Under the pieces are notes generated by a model. The model had not been told where the DNA came from. It did no database searches and saw only the letters and a program-made list of their open reading frames with translations. From the IMG/VR virus record IMGVR_UViG_3300027851_000025: 20,000 nt of DNA; one strand, 5' to 3'. A program made the position numbers and the translations under genes. Of this stretch, positions 1-8,411 are shown piece after piece (position 1 is the stretch's first letter; the number at the start of each line of letters is the position of its first letter). Origin of the DNA: an uncultured virus (IMG/VR IMGVR_UViG_3300027851_000025) (Duplodnaviria; Heunggongvirae; Uroviricota; Caudoviricetes).

Positions 1-1
1 G

Positions 2-148
2 AGGTTTCAAACCCGGGGAAGGATCTTCTTCCAGTACGATTACAGGACAAAAGATGGTCATTTGTTCAGTTGCGTAGGGCCATCCCTGGAGAATTGCAGG
101 ATCAGAAGAGACTGCTGGTTGGATAAAGAAGGACACTCAGAAGCATAA
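2..148 (+). CDS. 3' end of a small phage protein (DUF3873-like), truncated by the window edge
   Basis: Frame 2 reads RFQTRGRIFFQYDYRTKDGHLFSCVGPSLENCRIRRDCWLDKEGHSEA* (TAA 146-148). The QYDYR..DG.LFSCV...L..CR..RD.WL pattern recalls DUF3873 (from memory). Confidence 0.55.
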   Translation, partial: RFQTRGRIFFQYDYRTKDGHLFSCVGPSLENCRIRRDCWLDKEGHSEA

Positions 149-245
149 TTGGAGGGTCTATAAAATACTTTCTCATGATTTTGCTTTGGTCGTTGATGCC
201 GGCATATTACCTACTGGAAACCCTTATCAAATAAAGGAGAAGTAA

Positions 246-416
246 ATGAAAAATGCAATCGCTCAAACCAATACTGTTCCCCTCTATCGAGCATTCAAAG
301 TCGGCAGAGAATGGCGTGCCAAAACCCCTCATGGGGTGATCATCAGAAGAACTAAAAGGGATGTTGCCAAAGCCGCTGCGGCCTGGAAAGAAGTTGTCCA
401 GATGATAAACTCTTAA
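246..416 (+). CDS. Hypothetical basic protein, 56 aa (below ORF-track cutoff)
   Basis: AAGGAG RBS at 234-239, ATG 246, MKNAIAQTNTVPLYRAFKVGREWRAKTPHG...VVQMINS*, TAA 414-416. Confidence 0.65.
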   Translation: MKNAIAQTNTVPLYRAFKVGREWRAKTPHGVIIRRTKRDVAKAAAAWKEVVQMINS

Positions 417-428
417 TTGGAGACCGCC

Positions 429-518
429 ATGAAAACATTTTTTGGTGGGTTTGTATTTCTCATTCTGATTCCTTTTGTATATTTCATAGTTGGATTCCTG
501 GAGCTGGTACTAAGATGA
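429..518 (+). CDS. Small single-pass membrane peptide, 29 aa
   Basis: GGAG at 419-422, MKTFFGGFVFLILIPFVYFIVGFLELVLR*; its stop overlaps the next start (ATGA 515-518). Confidence 0.55.
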   Translation: MKTFFGGFVFLILIPFVYFIVGFLELVLR

Positions 519-1051
519 GAGAGGAAGATTATCCGAAACACGAAGGCATCATTGTAAAGGTGTTGGGCTGGCAAGCCATGAAGGATGGGGAAGGAGTCGA
601 ACCATATCTGAAGGCTTGCCGGACCTATAATCCAGAATGTGGATCTTTCAGCACATGGCTCTGGAATAACCTGGCTCTGAGAAAAAAGAAGATGGAGGAC
701 GCTACCAAAAAACAACTCGACACAATAAGCCTGGATGATATCCTTTCCGCCAGTTTGGACGACCCTTACCTCTCCACTGAAAACTGCTCTATCGAAAGAC
801 AGCTAGACTTCAGGAAAGCGGTTATGGATTTGTCAGAAGATGCTAAAACGATCGTACACTGCTTATTTGAAGGGGTTGCCAGCCAACCCCTAAAGAGAAG
901 GAGGACAAATTTCAAGGAAGATATCACAGTCAGCAGGAAGAAGCTCAGGAGAGAAATCAAGGACCACTGCCGGAATTGCCTGGAATGGTCCTGGCCAAGA
1001 TATTGGGCAGCTGTCCATGAAATCGAAAAAATGTTAACGAAACTCAAATAA
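515..1051 (+). CDS. Sigma-70/ECF-like transcription factor (putative)
   Basis: Region 2-like A..Y.P..GSFSTWL, an ISLDD linker and a region 4-like LSEDAKTIV helix; 178 aa. Confidence 0.5.
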   Translation: MREEDYPKHEGIIVKVLGWQAMKDGEGVEPYLKACRTYNPECGSFSTWLWNNLALRKKKMEDATKKQLDTISLDDILSASLDDPYLSTENCSIERQLDFRKAVMDLSEDAKTIVHCLFEGVASQPLKRRRTNFKEDITVSRKKLRREIKDHCRNCLEWSWPRYWAAVHEIEKMLTKLK

Positions 1052-1062
1052 CCAGGTATAAT
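1034..1062 (+). promoter_or_regulatory. Conserved phage promoter P1
   Basis: TTAACG (1034-1039), 17 nt, TATAAT (1057-1062), with CCAGG just before the -10; same layout at 4268, 9085 and 19711. Confidence 0.8.
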
Positions 1063-1107
1063 CTCTAAAACCAATCCGACCTCTAATTGAGACAAAGGAG
1101 AATCATC

Positions 1108-3108
1108 ATGCTACAACCTGTCGCCACATCCAACCCAGAAATCTTCCGCAAAGTCATAGAAAAGGACGAATATGCCATTGGTGCCCTTCTCGTCCTCTAC
1201 TCCCATCAAACCATCGACGAGCAACTTGAAAAAGGAACCAAATACCAGAACGGGACCGGGTTCAACGGGACTGATGGTAACTTTGGGGCCTCCCTGGCAG
1301 AGCAATACCTGTCTAGGGGAAGATTGACCGACAAACAACTTGCTGCCCTGAAGAAGATCCTCCCCAAGTATCACGGTCAAGTCAAACTGATTGAACCGAA
1401 AGAAAATGGTCCTGCGCCAGCCTCGACCAAACCAGCACAAAAGAACCTTGCCAGCCTCCATGGGGACATCGTTCATTTAGAGTTCCCGTTCAGCTACGAA
1501 ATGGTAGCCAATGTAAAGAATCTCCCGAACCGGAGATGGAATGGTGCAGCCAAGCGTTGGGAAGTTCCATTGAATGAACTCTCCTTCCAGATGATTGAAA
1601 GGCTTGGAATTCCTTTGTGCGAAAACCTCCTCAAATGGAAAAACAGGCCAGTAGCAAAACCAGAATCAATCGATACTATCAAGGGGCTCCGCTGTAACCT
1701 AATGGACTTCCAGAAGACCGGAATCGAGTTTGTCTGCTCCAAAAATGGTAGGGCCTTGATTGGTGATGATATGGGTCTCGGCAAGACGGCACAAGCCCTG
1801 GCATGGCTGCAGCTGAAGAAGAATATTGCCCTGCCGGCATTGGTCATCTGTCCGGCAAGTATCAAGATCCACTGGGCCAGGAAGGCGCTTGAATGGACTG
1901 AGTTGGAACCGGTCCTGTTAAGCGGCAAGGATCTCAAGCATACCATCTTCCCGGGAGGGACCAGAAAAGATTTGTTTGTAGTTAACTACGACATCATTCA
2001 TTCCTCGGTAGTTTGTCCAAAATGCGAAGGGAAGAAGATGATCCATGGAATAAAGTGTAAGAACTGTAATGGCAAAGGGAAGGTTCCCGAACTCCATCCG
2101 GAACTGAAGAAACTCAATCTGAAGACCATCGTATTTGACGAGATCCACTACACCAAAACCAGAGGAACGGGTCGGACCTTGGCTGCTCAAGAATTGGCCA
2201 AAGATGCAGAGTTTGTCCTGGGATTGAGCGGAACCCCGATCACCAACAGGCCAATTGAGTTCTTCGAGCCCATTCAGATGATCAATCCCAAACTGTTCCC
2301 GTCTTGGTGGGCATATACCAAGAGATATTGTGCCAGAAAACATTCTGGATTTGGCTGGGATGTTTCAGGGGCCAGCAACACCGAAGAGCTGAATAAGATC
2401 CTGACCAGCTCCATAATGGTTCGCAGATTGAAATCAGAAGTTTTAACCCAACTGCCTCCCAAAGTCAGGCAAGTCATCCCGATTGAAATCGACAAGGGAA
2501 AGTATTCCAGAATCATGGAAGAAATCAAGGATGAATTAGAAAGATCGGAAAAGCAGGCAGAGCATCTGGTCATCATTGAAAAAGCCAAACAACTCGTAGT
2601 CAAGATGAAAATGAAGGTCTCACTGGAGTGGATCGAGGACTTCATCCAGAATGAGAAGTTAGTCGTATTTGCCGAACATCGGGAAGTGATCGAAGAGATC
2701 CATAATCACTTCAAGGATTCTTCAGTTGTTGTATATGGGGGGACTGATTCCAAAGCCAGGCAATTAGCAGTCGATCAGTTCCAGAACGATCCGAATTGCC
2801 GACTGTTTATTGGCAGCAAAGCGGCAAAGGAAGGTTTGACCTTGGTTGCCGCCTCCTCCACCGCTTTCATGGAATTATGGTGGACTCCAGGCGACCACGA
2901 TCAGGCAGAAGACCGGGTCAACAGGATTGGCCAAGAGGCGCAAAGTATTAACGCCTTCTATCTCCTGGCAGCAGATACAATAGAAGAGGATATCGCCCAG
3001 CTCCTCGACACCAAGCGACAAATCCTTTCATCGATACTGGATGGGAAAGAAGTAGAAGACATTTCCTTACTGACCGAACTCATGAAGAAAATAAGGGGTG
3101 AAAAATGA
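1108..3108 (+). CDS. SNF2-family (SMARCAL1/HARP-like) helicase with an extra N-terminal domain and a Zn-finger insertion
   Basis: DDMGLGKT, ICPAS, DEIH, SGTP..N and QAEDRVNRIGQ motifs; HARP-like RRWNGAAKRWEVP. AAGGAG at 1095-1100 supports ATG 1108 over TTG 1087. Confidence 0.9.
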   Translation: MLQPVATSNPEIFRKVIEKDEYAIGALLVLYSHQTIDEQLEKGTKYQNGTGFNGTDGNFGASLAEQYLSRGRLTDKQLAALKKILPKYHGQVKLIEPKENGPAPASTKPAQKNLASLHGDIVHLEFPFSYEMVANVKNLPNRRWNGAAKRWEVPLNELSFQMIERLGIPLCENLLKWKNRPVAKPESIDTIKGLRCNLMDFQKTGIEFVCSKNGRALIGDDMGLGKTAQALAWLQLKKNIALPALVICPASIKIHWARKALEWTELEPVLLSGKDLKHTIFPGGTRKDLFVVNYDIIHSSVVCPKCEGKKMIHGIKCKNCNGKGKVPELHPELKKLNLKTIVFDEIHYTKTRGTGRTLAAQELAKDAEFVLGLSGTPITNRPIEFFEPIQMINPKLFPSWWAYTKRYCARKHSGFGWDVSGASNTEELNKILTSSIMVRRLKSEVLTQLPPKVRQVIPIEIDKGKYSRIMEEIKDELERSEKQAEHLVIIEKAKQLVVKMKMKVSLEWIEDFIQNEKLVVFAEHREVIEEIHNHFKDSSVVVYGGTDSKARQLAVDQFQNDPNCRLFIGSKAAKEGLTLVAASSTAFMELWWTPGDHDQAEDRVNRIGQEAQSINAFYLLAADTIEEDIAQLLDTKRQILSSILDGKEVEDISLLTELMKKIRGEK

Positions 3109-3338
3109 GAACCAGAATCAAAGCAGAGGAACCAAAGAAGAAAAGAACCAGGATCAAAGAAGCTCCAATCCGCCGGCGAATAGAAAAAACAGAGATAGTA
3201 ATTTGCTCGGGTGTAGCCAAAGGATCTTGTTGGTTTCAGCAAGGTTGTGTTCATAAAACTCCTCATGAACATTCCGTTGCCTGTGAACAGACCTTTTGTT
3301 CATTGGCAAGAATCCACTGCTGTTGCAAAAAATCATGA
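3105..3338 (+). CDS. Small basic Cys/His-rich protein, 77 aa
   Basis: ATGA overlaps at both ends (3105-3108, 3335-3338); RTRIK occurs twice; C-terminal half is rich in Cys and His. Confidence 0.7.
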   Translation: MRTRIKAEEPKKKRTRIKEAPIRRRIEKTEIVICSGVAKGSCWFQQGCVHKTPHEHSVACEQTFCSLARIHCCCKKS

Positions 3339-4258
3339 TAGATATTATTCGCCTCTACGATGACCGGGGAGTGGAATATAAGCTCCCAGGTCATAAACAC
3401 GTATCGGCAGGATGGGTGGGGGTTCCCTGCCCATTCTGTTCCGGGAACCCTGGGTATCATCTCGGTTATTGTATCGACCCTGGAAGCAAGTATGCAGGAA
3501 GGTTCGTATGCTGGAGATGTGGCCCAAAGAAAGTAAGCGATGTTTTGTGCCGTATTTTGCCGATTGATAAATCTAGGCTAAGAGTCCTCCTTGACCTATA
3601 CCAGCAAAATTTGCCTATAAATTTCGAGAATAACGAGGGGAAAAAGAGGGAGAGGAAATCCAGATTGGTCCTGCCTGCCGGAACCGAGGAGATGAATAAG
3701 AGACATCGGCGATATCTAATCGACCGGAAATTCGATCCGGATAAGTTGGAAAGGGAATGGGGATTGAAAGGAACCGGGCCTGTCGGACCATACAAACATC
3801 GCATCATTATCCCAATTAAATACAAAGGACAACTGGTCAGTTATCAGGGCCGGGATATCACCGGCAAGTCAGATATGAAGTACAAAGCATGCCTGCAAGA
3901 GGATGAAGTTCGAGACCATAAAGACTGCCTATATGGCCTGGATAAAGCCAGATCAAACAAGGTCATAGTGGTTGAAGGAGTGACCGATGTCTGGAGGATG
4001 GGGCCAGGATCTGTAGCTACCTTTGGAATAAAATACAAGCCTTCTCAAGTCAGGTTATTGCTGAATTTTTCCATGGCATTTATCCTCTTTGACCCGGAAT
4101 CTGAAGCCCAGGAACAGGCCAGAAAACTCGGTCTTGAATTGAAAATAGCCGGCATTCAAAGCGAACTTATTGACATAGGAAGCGGTGATCCTGGAGAGTT
4201 ATCGGATGAAGAAGCAACTTATATATCCATGAATTTATTAGGTAAAAAAATAAATTAA
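3335..4258 (+). CDS. DNA primase (Zn-binding + TOPRIM)
   Basis: CPFC..H..CWRC zinc domain, RIIIPI..G..VSYQGR, TOPRIM VVEGVTD and GDPGEL; likely start ATG 3335 via ATGA overlap. Confidence 0.88.
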   Translation: MIDIIRLYDDRGVEYKLPGHKHVSAGWVGVPCPFCSGNPGYHLGYCIDPGSKYAGRFVCWRCGPKKVSDVLCRILPIDKSRLRVLLDLYQQNLPINFENNEGKKRERKSRLVLPAGTEEMNKRHRRYLIDRKFDPDKLEREWGLKGTGPVGPYKHRIIIPIKYKGQLVSYQGRDITGKSDMKYKACLQEDEVRDHKDCLYGLDKARSNKVIVVEGVTDVWRMGPGSVATFGIKYKPSQVRLLLNFSMAFILFDPESEAQEQARKLGLELKIAGIQSELIDIGSGDPGELSDEEATYISMNLLGKKIN

Positions 4259-4267
4259 TAAACATCC

Positions 4268-4296
4268 TTAACGATTTAAAAAAATCCAGGTATAAT
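4268..4296 (+). promoter_or_regulatory. Conserved phage promoter P2
   Basis: TTAACG 4268-4273, 17 nt spacer ending CCAGG, TATAAT 4291-4296; intergenic. Confidence 0.82.
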
Positions 4297-4358
4297 ATAA
4301 AGACCGGACCTTTTTATTATGGGATATCAGCTGATCACTGAGAAGAGCGAAGTTAGCC

Positions 4359-4432
4359 GGAGGATGGATGTTGATAGTTTGAGTCGATCTGGTCCAATTA
4401 ATTCACTATCCCCTTCCTGACATCCATCCTTC
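4359..4432 (+). other. Long inverted repeat / structured 5' leader of the initiator gene
   Basis: AGGATGGATGT (4361-4371) is the exact reverse complement of ACATCCATCCT (4420-4430); inner GATAGT (4373-4378) pairs with ACTATC (4405-4410). Confidence 0.6.
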
Positions 4433-4469
4433 CCCCATTTCCTTTCAACCTTTCTCTGCAGAGGCCAAT

Positions 4470-5450
4470 ATGACGACAATCATCGACGAAAACAAAGGCT
4501 TTACGATTATTGACAATAATATTCTGGATAGGTGGTTAAGAATTATCGGTCCCGGACCATATATGGTTTATAGTGTCCTTAAAAGAATGTGTAGAGGAAA
4601 TTCACAAATAGTTTTCCCGCATGTATCGCAATATGACTGGTCCCAATATATTGGAATATCGGAATTGTCTTTCAAAAATCATATAAATACCCTCAGTAAC
4701 CATAGACTAATTGAATGCGAAATCCCAAAAAGCTCAGAAAGGAGAAAAGGATTTACAGCTAAATACATTCTCACTTCTCCTGAGAAATGGTGTTGCAAAG
4801 AAGAAGATATGCCAAAGCCAATAAATTCAAATTGTAAATTCCACGATCCAATATACGAACCGGAACAACCTTTATTCCGCGGAAAAGAAAATGATTATTA
4901 TGTTATTTCCCCTCCTATAAAAAATATCGAATCCCCCCATATAAAAAATATAGGGGATACCCATATAAAAAATATAGGAGTATATAATACAGGATATAAG
5001 GACAATAATAAAAATATATTCTCTCGACAAAGAATTTTTGAAAAAGAAAAGAAATCCTCTCCGGTCAAGTCTAAAGAAGGAGAAGAACAAAATAAAACAT
5101 ACATCCGGCTGGCAAGAAGACTTCGCCGGATAGTAGAATCAGCAAATCGAATTACATCCGCCACAAAAACAAATCAATGGCCTGACCAGTTTCGCAAACT
5201 CCACGATGTTGACAAAGTTCCGCTCCTGCAGATCAATAAAGTGTTGGACTGGTATGAAGAACATATTGGACAGCAATATGTTCCGGAATGCTTTTGCGCC
5301 TCCTCTTTCCGCAACAAGTTTCCCAAACTGGAACTCTCCATCACCCGCTCCGAAAAACAGAAGCCGGTATCAGATTGGAGGTCCAAAAGAAAGTATCTAA
5401 ACCCTCCAGGCACCTACGGCCGCAATGTTACAGTAATTGAAATTGATTGA
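4470..5450 (+). CDS. Phage replication initiator (N-terminal wHTH, replisome-organizer type)
   Basis: N-terminal FTIIDNNIL...VYSVL...IGISE..F...I..L...LI pattern, central DNA repeats, and position directly upstream of a DnaC-like ATPase. Confidence 0.75.
   Translation: MTTIIDENKGFTIIDNNILDRWLRIIGPGPYMVYSVLKRMCRGNSQIVFPHVSQYDWSQYIGISELSFKNHINTLSNHRLIECEIPKSSERRKGFTAKYILTSPEKWCCKEEDMPKPINSNCKFHDPIYEPEQPLFRGKENDYYVISPPIKNIESPHIKNIGDTHIKNIGVYNTGYKDNNKNIFSRQRIFEKEKKSSPVKSKEGEEQNKTYIRLARRLRRIVESANRITSATKTNQWPDQFRKLHDVDKVPLLQINKVLDWYEEHIGQQYVPECFCASSFRNKFPKLELSITRSEKQKPVSDWRSKRKYLNPPGTYGRNVTVIEID
4911..4980. repeat. Three iteron-like direct repeats with 24-bp period (putative replication origin)
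   Basis: ATAAAAAATAT at 4917, 4941 and 4965 (encoding PPIKNIES/PHIKNIGD/THIKNIGV), followed by an AT-rich stretch at ~4981-5050. Confidence 0.7.
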
Positions 5451-6097
5451 AACCAGAGGATTCTATGACTACGTGTTCTTGTGGAACCATCCTCCGCAAT
5501 GGGGAAAAGAAGTGCCAGCAATGCAGAAGAATACAGATGTTTGTAAATGGATTCCCGGCCCATCTGATCCCTGCCGGCCTCCCTGGTGTGATTGTCCGGA
5601 ATCTGGAGAAGAGGCGAAAAGTAACGCTGCCAGAACCTTTTGATAGAGGATTCTTCCTGTATGGGCCTGCCGGACATGGCAAATCGCATCAGGCAGCGGC
5701 ATTGCTTCTGAATCTATTGGAGAATGGAACGGTCAGGGGAATGAGCTACAAGTGGGTAAATATTCCAGAGATGCTTTTCTCTCTCCGATCCTCATACCAG
5801 TCAAATCAATCAAGTTTTGAAAAGGATCTGATTGAATCCTGCGCCGGCGTAGATTGGTTGTGTTTGGATGATCTTGGGGCCGAGAAGACAACTGATTGGA
5901 CCATGTCCACCCTGTACCTAATCATTAACAAAAGATATGAATCAGGAAAGATTACGGTAGTGACTTCCAATCTGAGTTTTGAAGAGCTGGATGAACGATT
6001 TGGGGATGATAGGCTGGTCAGCCGGATTCAAGGGATGTGTGAGCCCTATTTGATCAACAGTAAAGTAGGCGACAGGAGAATCCCAAGCAATGGCTAG
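5447..6097 (+). CDS. DnaC/IstB-like AAA+ helicase loader
   Basis: Walker A GPAGHGKS, LCLDDLGAE, IINKRY, VTSN and DRLVSRI; N-terminal CxC/CxxC. The start could be ATG 5465. Confidence 0.88.
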   Translation: MKPEDSMTTCSCGTILRNGEKKCQQCRRIQMFVNGFPAHLIPAGLPGVIVRNLEKRRKVTLPEPFDRGFFLYGPAGHGKSHQAAALLLNLLENGTVRGMSYKWVNIPEMLFSLRSSYQSNQSSFEKDLIESCAGVDWLCLDDLGAEKTTDWTMSTLYLIINKRYESGKITVVTSNLSFEELDERFGDDRLVSRIQGMCEPYLINSKVGDRRIPSNG

Positions 6098-7640
6098 ATA
6101 TCAGAGGAAGGCGATTGAAGAGAGCCCAGAACGACAGATAGTCCTGGGTATGGTAGTTTCAGATCGATTCATCAAGGAAGTTCAACCAATCCTCCGCCCG
6201 GATCTCCTAGAGTCACCATGGGCCATGAAGGTGATTGGTTGGTGCCAGAACTATCATACCAAGTTCGGCAAAGCGCCTGGAGTCCACATTGAAGACATCT
6301 TCCGACAAGAGGTGGAACAGGGCAATCTGGATGACGATCAGGAAAGCATTATCTCCAAGCTGCTGGGGACTCTCTCAGACGAGTATGAGCGGTCCAAAGA
6401 GTTCAATGCCGAGTTTCTTCTGGATAGAGCTGAAAAGTATTTCGAGTCGAGAAACCTGGAGAAGAAGGCGGCAAACATCAAGGCTCTATTGGGCAGAGGA
6501 GATGTGGCTGCAGCTCAGGCCGAGTTCAATTCATATCAGTCAGTTTCCAGGCCCGGGTCAATGGGGGTTGATCCCTTTTCAGACCGAGATTCCATGCTGG
6601 CGGCTTTTGAATATTCTTCAGAGCCATTATTCAGGATGCCCGGCGCGGTAGGTAGATTCCTGAACGACTTGATGGAAAGGGAGGCATTCGTCACTTTACT
6701 TGGGCCGGAAAAGCGTGGAAAAACATGGATGCTGATTGAAATATCATTGTGGGCAAGAAGAGCCGGATTGAATGTGGCTTTCTTCTCTGCTGGGGATATG
6801 TCACAATCTCAGCTGGAGGTCAGGTTTGGAATCAGATTTGCCGGCAGATCCAATCGGCCAAAAAACTGTGGGGAGATCCTTGTTCCGGTTCTTGACTGCA
6901 AGAGGAATCAGGACGACACCTGCGACAACCCAAACAGGGCAGGGACCTTTGCTATTATGGACCCGAACACTAAGCAACTTCTCCCGTATGAAGAATGTCC
7001 AGACCATAATCCATGCACCTACTGTATGAAGAACCCAGGCGAACAGCCAGGGTATAAAGGGGCATCTTGGTTGAGAGTTCGCCCTCCTGTCCCTGTTCTG
7101 GATGGCCCTGGAGCGGCAAAAGCGGCGCAGAGAATGGCAAGGAGATGGGGAAAGAAGGCCAGGATGAAATTAATTGCTTTCCCGAACGATACCTTGACCA
7201 TTAGCCGGATAGACCAGCAACTGGATGCCTGGGAGTCGCAGGAGAGCTTTATTCCGGATGTGATTATAATTGACTATATGGATTTGATTGTTCCAGATAC
7301 CCTTCATTCGGGGGAGCAGGTCCGGCATGGAATTGGAAAGATATGGGGAGGAGTCCGAAGGATGTCTCAGGAAAGGCATTGTCTGGTCCTTTCCGCCTCC
7401 CAATCTGATACCGAGTCGTATGATACCAAATGGATCACCAGCAAGAACTTCAGTGAAAGTAAGCAGAAGAACGCTCATGTAACAGGGATGATCACCCTTA
7501 ACCAAACCAGGGAGGAGAAGAGAAGAAAAGTAATGAGGTTGGGGACAATCCTGACCCGTGAAGAAGAATTTGATGACCACAAAGGAGTAGCAATACTGCA
7601 AAGCCTGGAACAAGGCAGACCATTGATTGCCTCATTTTAA
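6090..7640 (+). CDS. DnaB-like (SF4) replicative helicase with a Cys-rich insertion
   Basis: Walker A GPEKRGKT, VAFFSAGDM, VIIIDYMD and SASQ; follows the initiator and loader genes. Confidence 0.8.
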   Translation: MARYQRKAIEESPERQIVLGMVVSDRFIKEVQPILRPDLLESPWAMKVIGWCQNYHTKFGKAPGVHIEDIFRQEVEQGNLDDDQESIISKLLGTLSDEYERSKEFNAEFLLDRAEKYFESRNLEKKAANIKALLGRGDVAAAQAEFNSYQSVSRPGSMGVDPFSDRDSMLAAFEYSSEPLFRMPGAVGRFLNDLMEREAFVTLLGPEKRGKTWMLIEISLWARRAGLNVAFFSAGDMSQSQLEVRFGIRFAGRSNRPKNCGEILVPVLDCKRNQDDTCDNPNRAGTFAIMDPNTKQLLPYEECPDHNPCTYCMKNPGEQPGYKGASWLRVRPPVPVLDGPGAAKAAQRMARRWGKKARMKLIAFPNDTLTISRIDQQLDAWESQESFIPDVIIIDYMDLIVPDTLHSGEQVRHGIGKIWGGVRRMSQERHCLVLSASQSDTESYDTKWITSKNFSESKQKNAHVTGMITLNQTREEKRRKVMRLGTILTREEEFDDHKGVAILQSLEQGRPLIASF

Positions 7641-7650
7641 AGGGATAAAC

Positions 7651-7995
7651 ATGATTGATCTAAAACAAAAACAACTGAAAGAATGGCAGGAAAAAAACTT
7701 CGGAATTCACGAAGACGATCTTTTGAAGTGTGCCCTTGGTATGGCCGAAGAGGTAGGTGAGGTCTGTCATCATATATTGAAAGGGGTTCAAAGAATCCGT
7801 TGTGGCGCTGACGGAATTGATAAAAAGCAGGTGGCAGACGGCATTGCTGATACTTTGATTTTTGGTCTTCAGATACTTTCTAAACTTGACTTGGATGCAG
7901 AGAAAGAGATTGCAGAAGTCATAGAAAAGGTTTTGCAACGAGACTGGATAAAAGATCCATCTGGAAAGAAAATGGACAAGCCGGTTCAGGTATGA
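7651..7995 (+). CDS. MazG-like NTP pyrophosphohydrolase
   Basis: LGMAEEVGEV and DGIADTL motifs; AGGGA RBS before ATG 7651. Confidence 0.8.
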   Translation: MIDLKQKQLKEWQEKNFGIHEDDLLKCALGMAEEVGEVCHHILKGVQRIRCGADGIDKKQVADGIADTLIFGLQILSKLDLDAEKEIAEVIEKVLQRDWIKDPSGKKMDKPVQV

Positions 7996-8039
7996 CGCAG
8001 ATACATAATGTCAAAAATATCTAAACCAAGGAGAAAATC

Positions 8040-8411
8040 ATGATTTCAGTAACAAAGAAGTTTTCATTCAGTTATGCCCATCACCTCCCCGAATATGACG
8101 GAGACTGTCAAAGGGTCCATGGTCATAACAGCAATGTGGAAGTGGAGTTTTCGAACCAGGCCCCCATAATGCCGGCGGCATACCCGGGAATGGTGGTTGA
8201 TTTCAAAATCATTAAAAAGATTATTGACCCGATCATCGATGAATTGGATCATCACGATCTCAATCAGGTAATTGTCGGCAATCCAACTGCTGAAAACATT
8301 GCTCAATGGATTGCCGACAAGATTGGGAAAACCAGTATTGGGGCTGGTTTGGTCAGGGTCCAGGTATCTGAAACCGACGATTCTTTTGCTACCTGGAGGA
8401 AGGGAAAATGA
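8040..8411 (+). CDS. queD: 6-carboxy-5,6,7,8-tetrahydropterin synthase
   Basis: AHHL...C.RVHGHN, DF, LDHHDLN, PTAENIA and VSET motifs; AAGGAG RBS. Confidence 0.95.
   Translation: MISVTKKFSFSYAHHLPEYDGDCQRVHGHNSNVEVEFSNQAPIMPAAYPGMVVDFKIIKKIIDPIIDELDHHDLNQVIVGNPTAENIAQWIADKIGKTSIGAGLVRVQVSETDDSFATWRKGK

Noticed and set aside
4300..4469. tRNA gene in the intergenic region
   Set aside because: No cloverleaf or GTTC(G/A)A T-loop was found.
6864..7100. Intein in the DnaB-like helicase (also considered for DnaE)
   Set aside because: The insertion is too short and lacks a His-Asn/Cys-Ser-Thr splice junction; DnaE motifs appear contiguous.
7990..8040. preQ1 riboswitch upstream of queD (also checked before queC and yhhQ)
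   Set aside because: The leaders are short and show no preQ1-type stem-loop with an A-rich pseudoknot tail.
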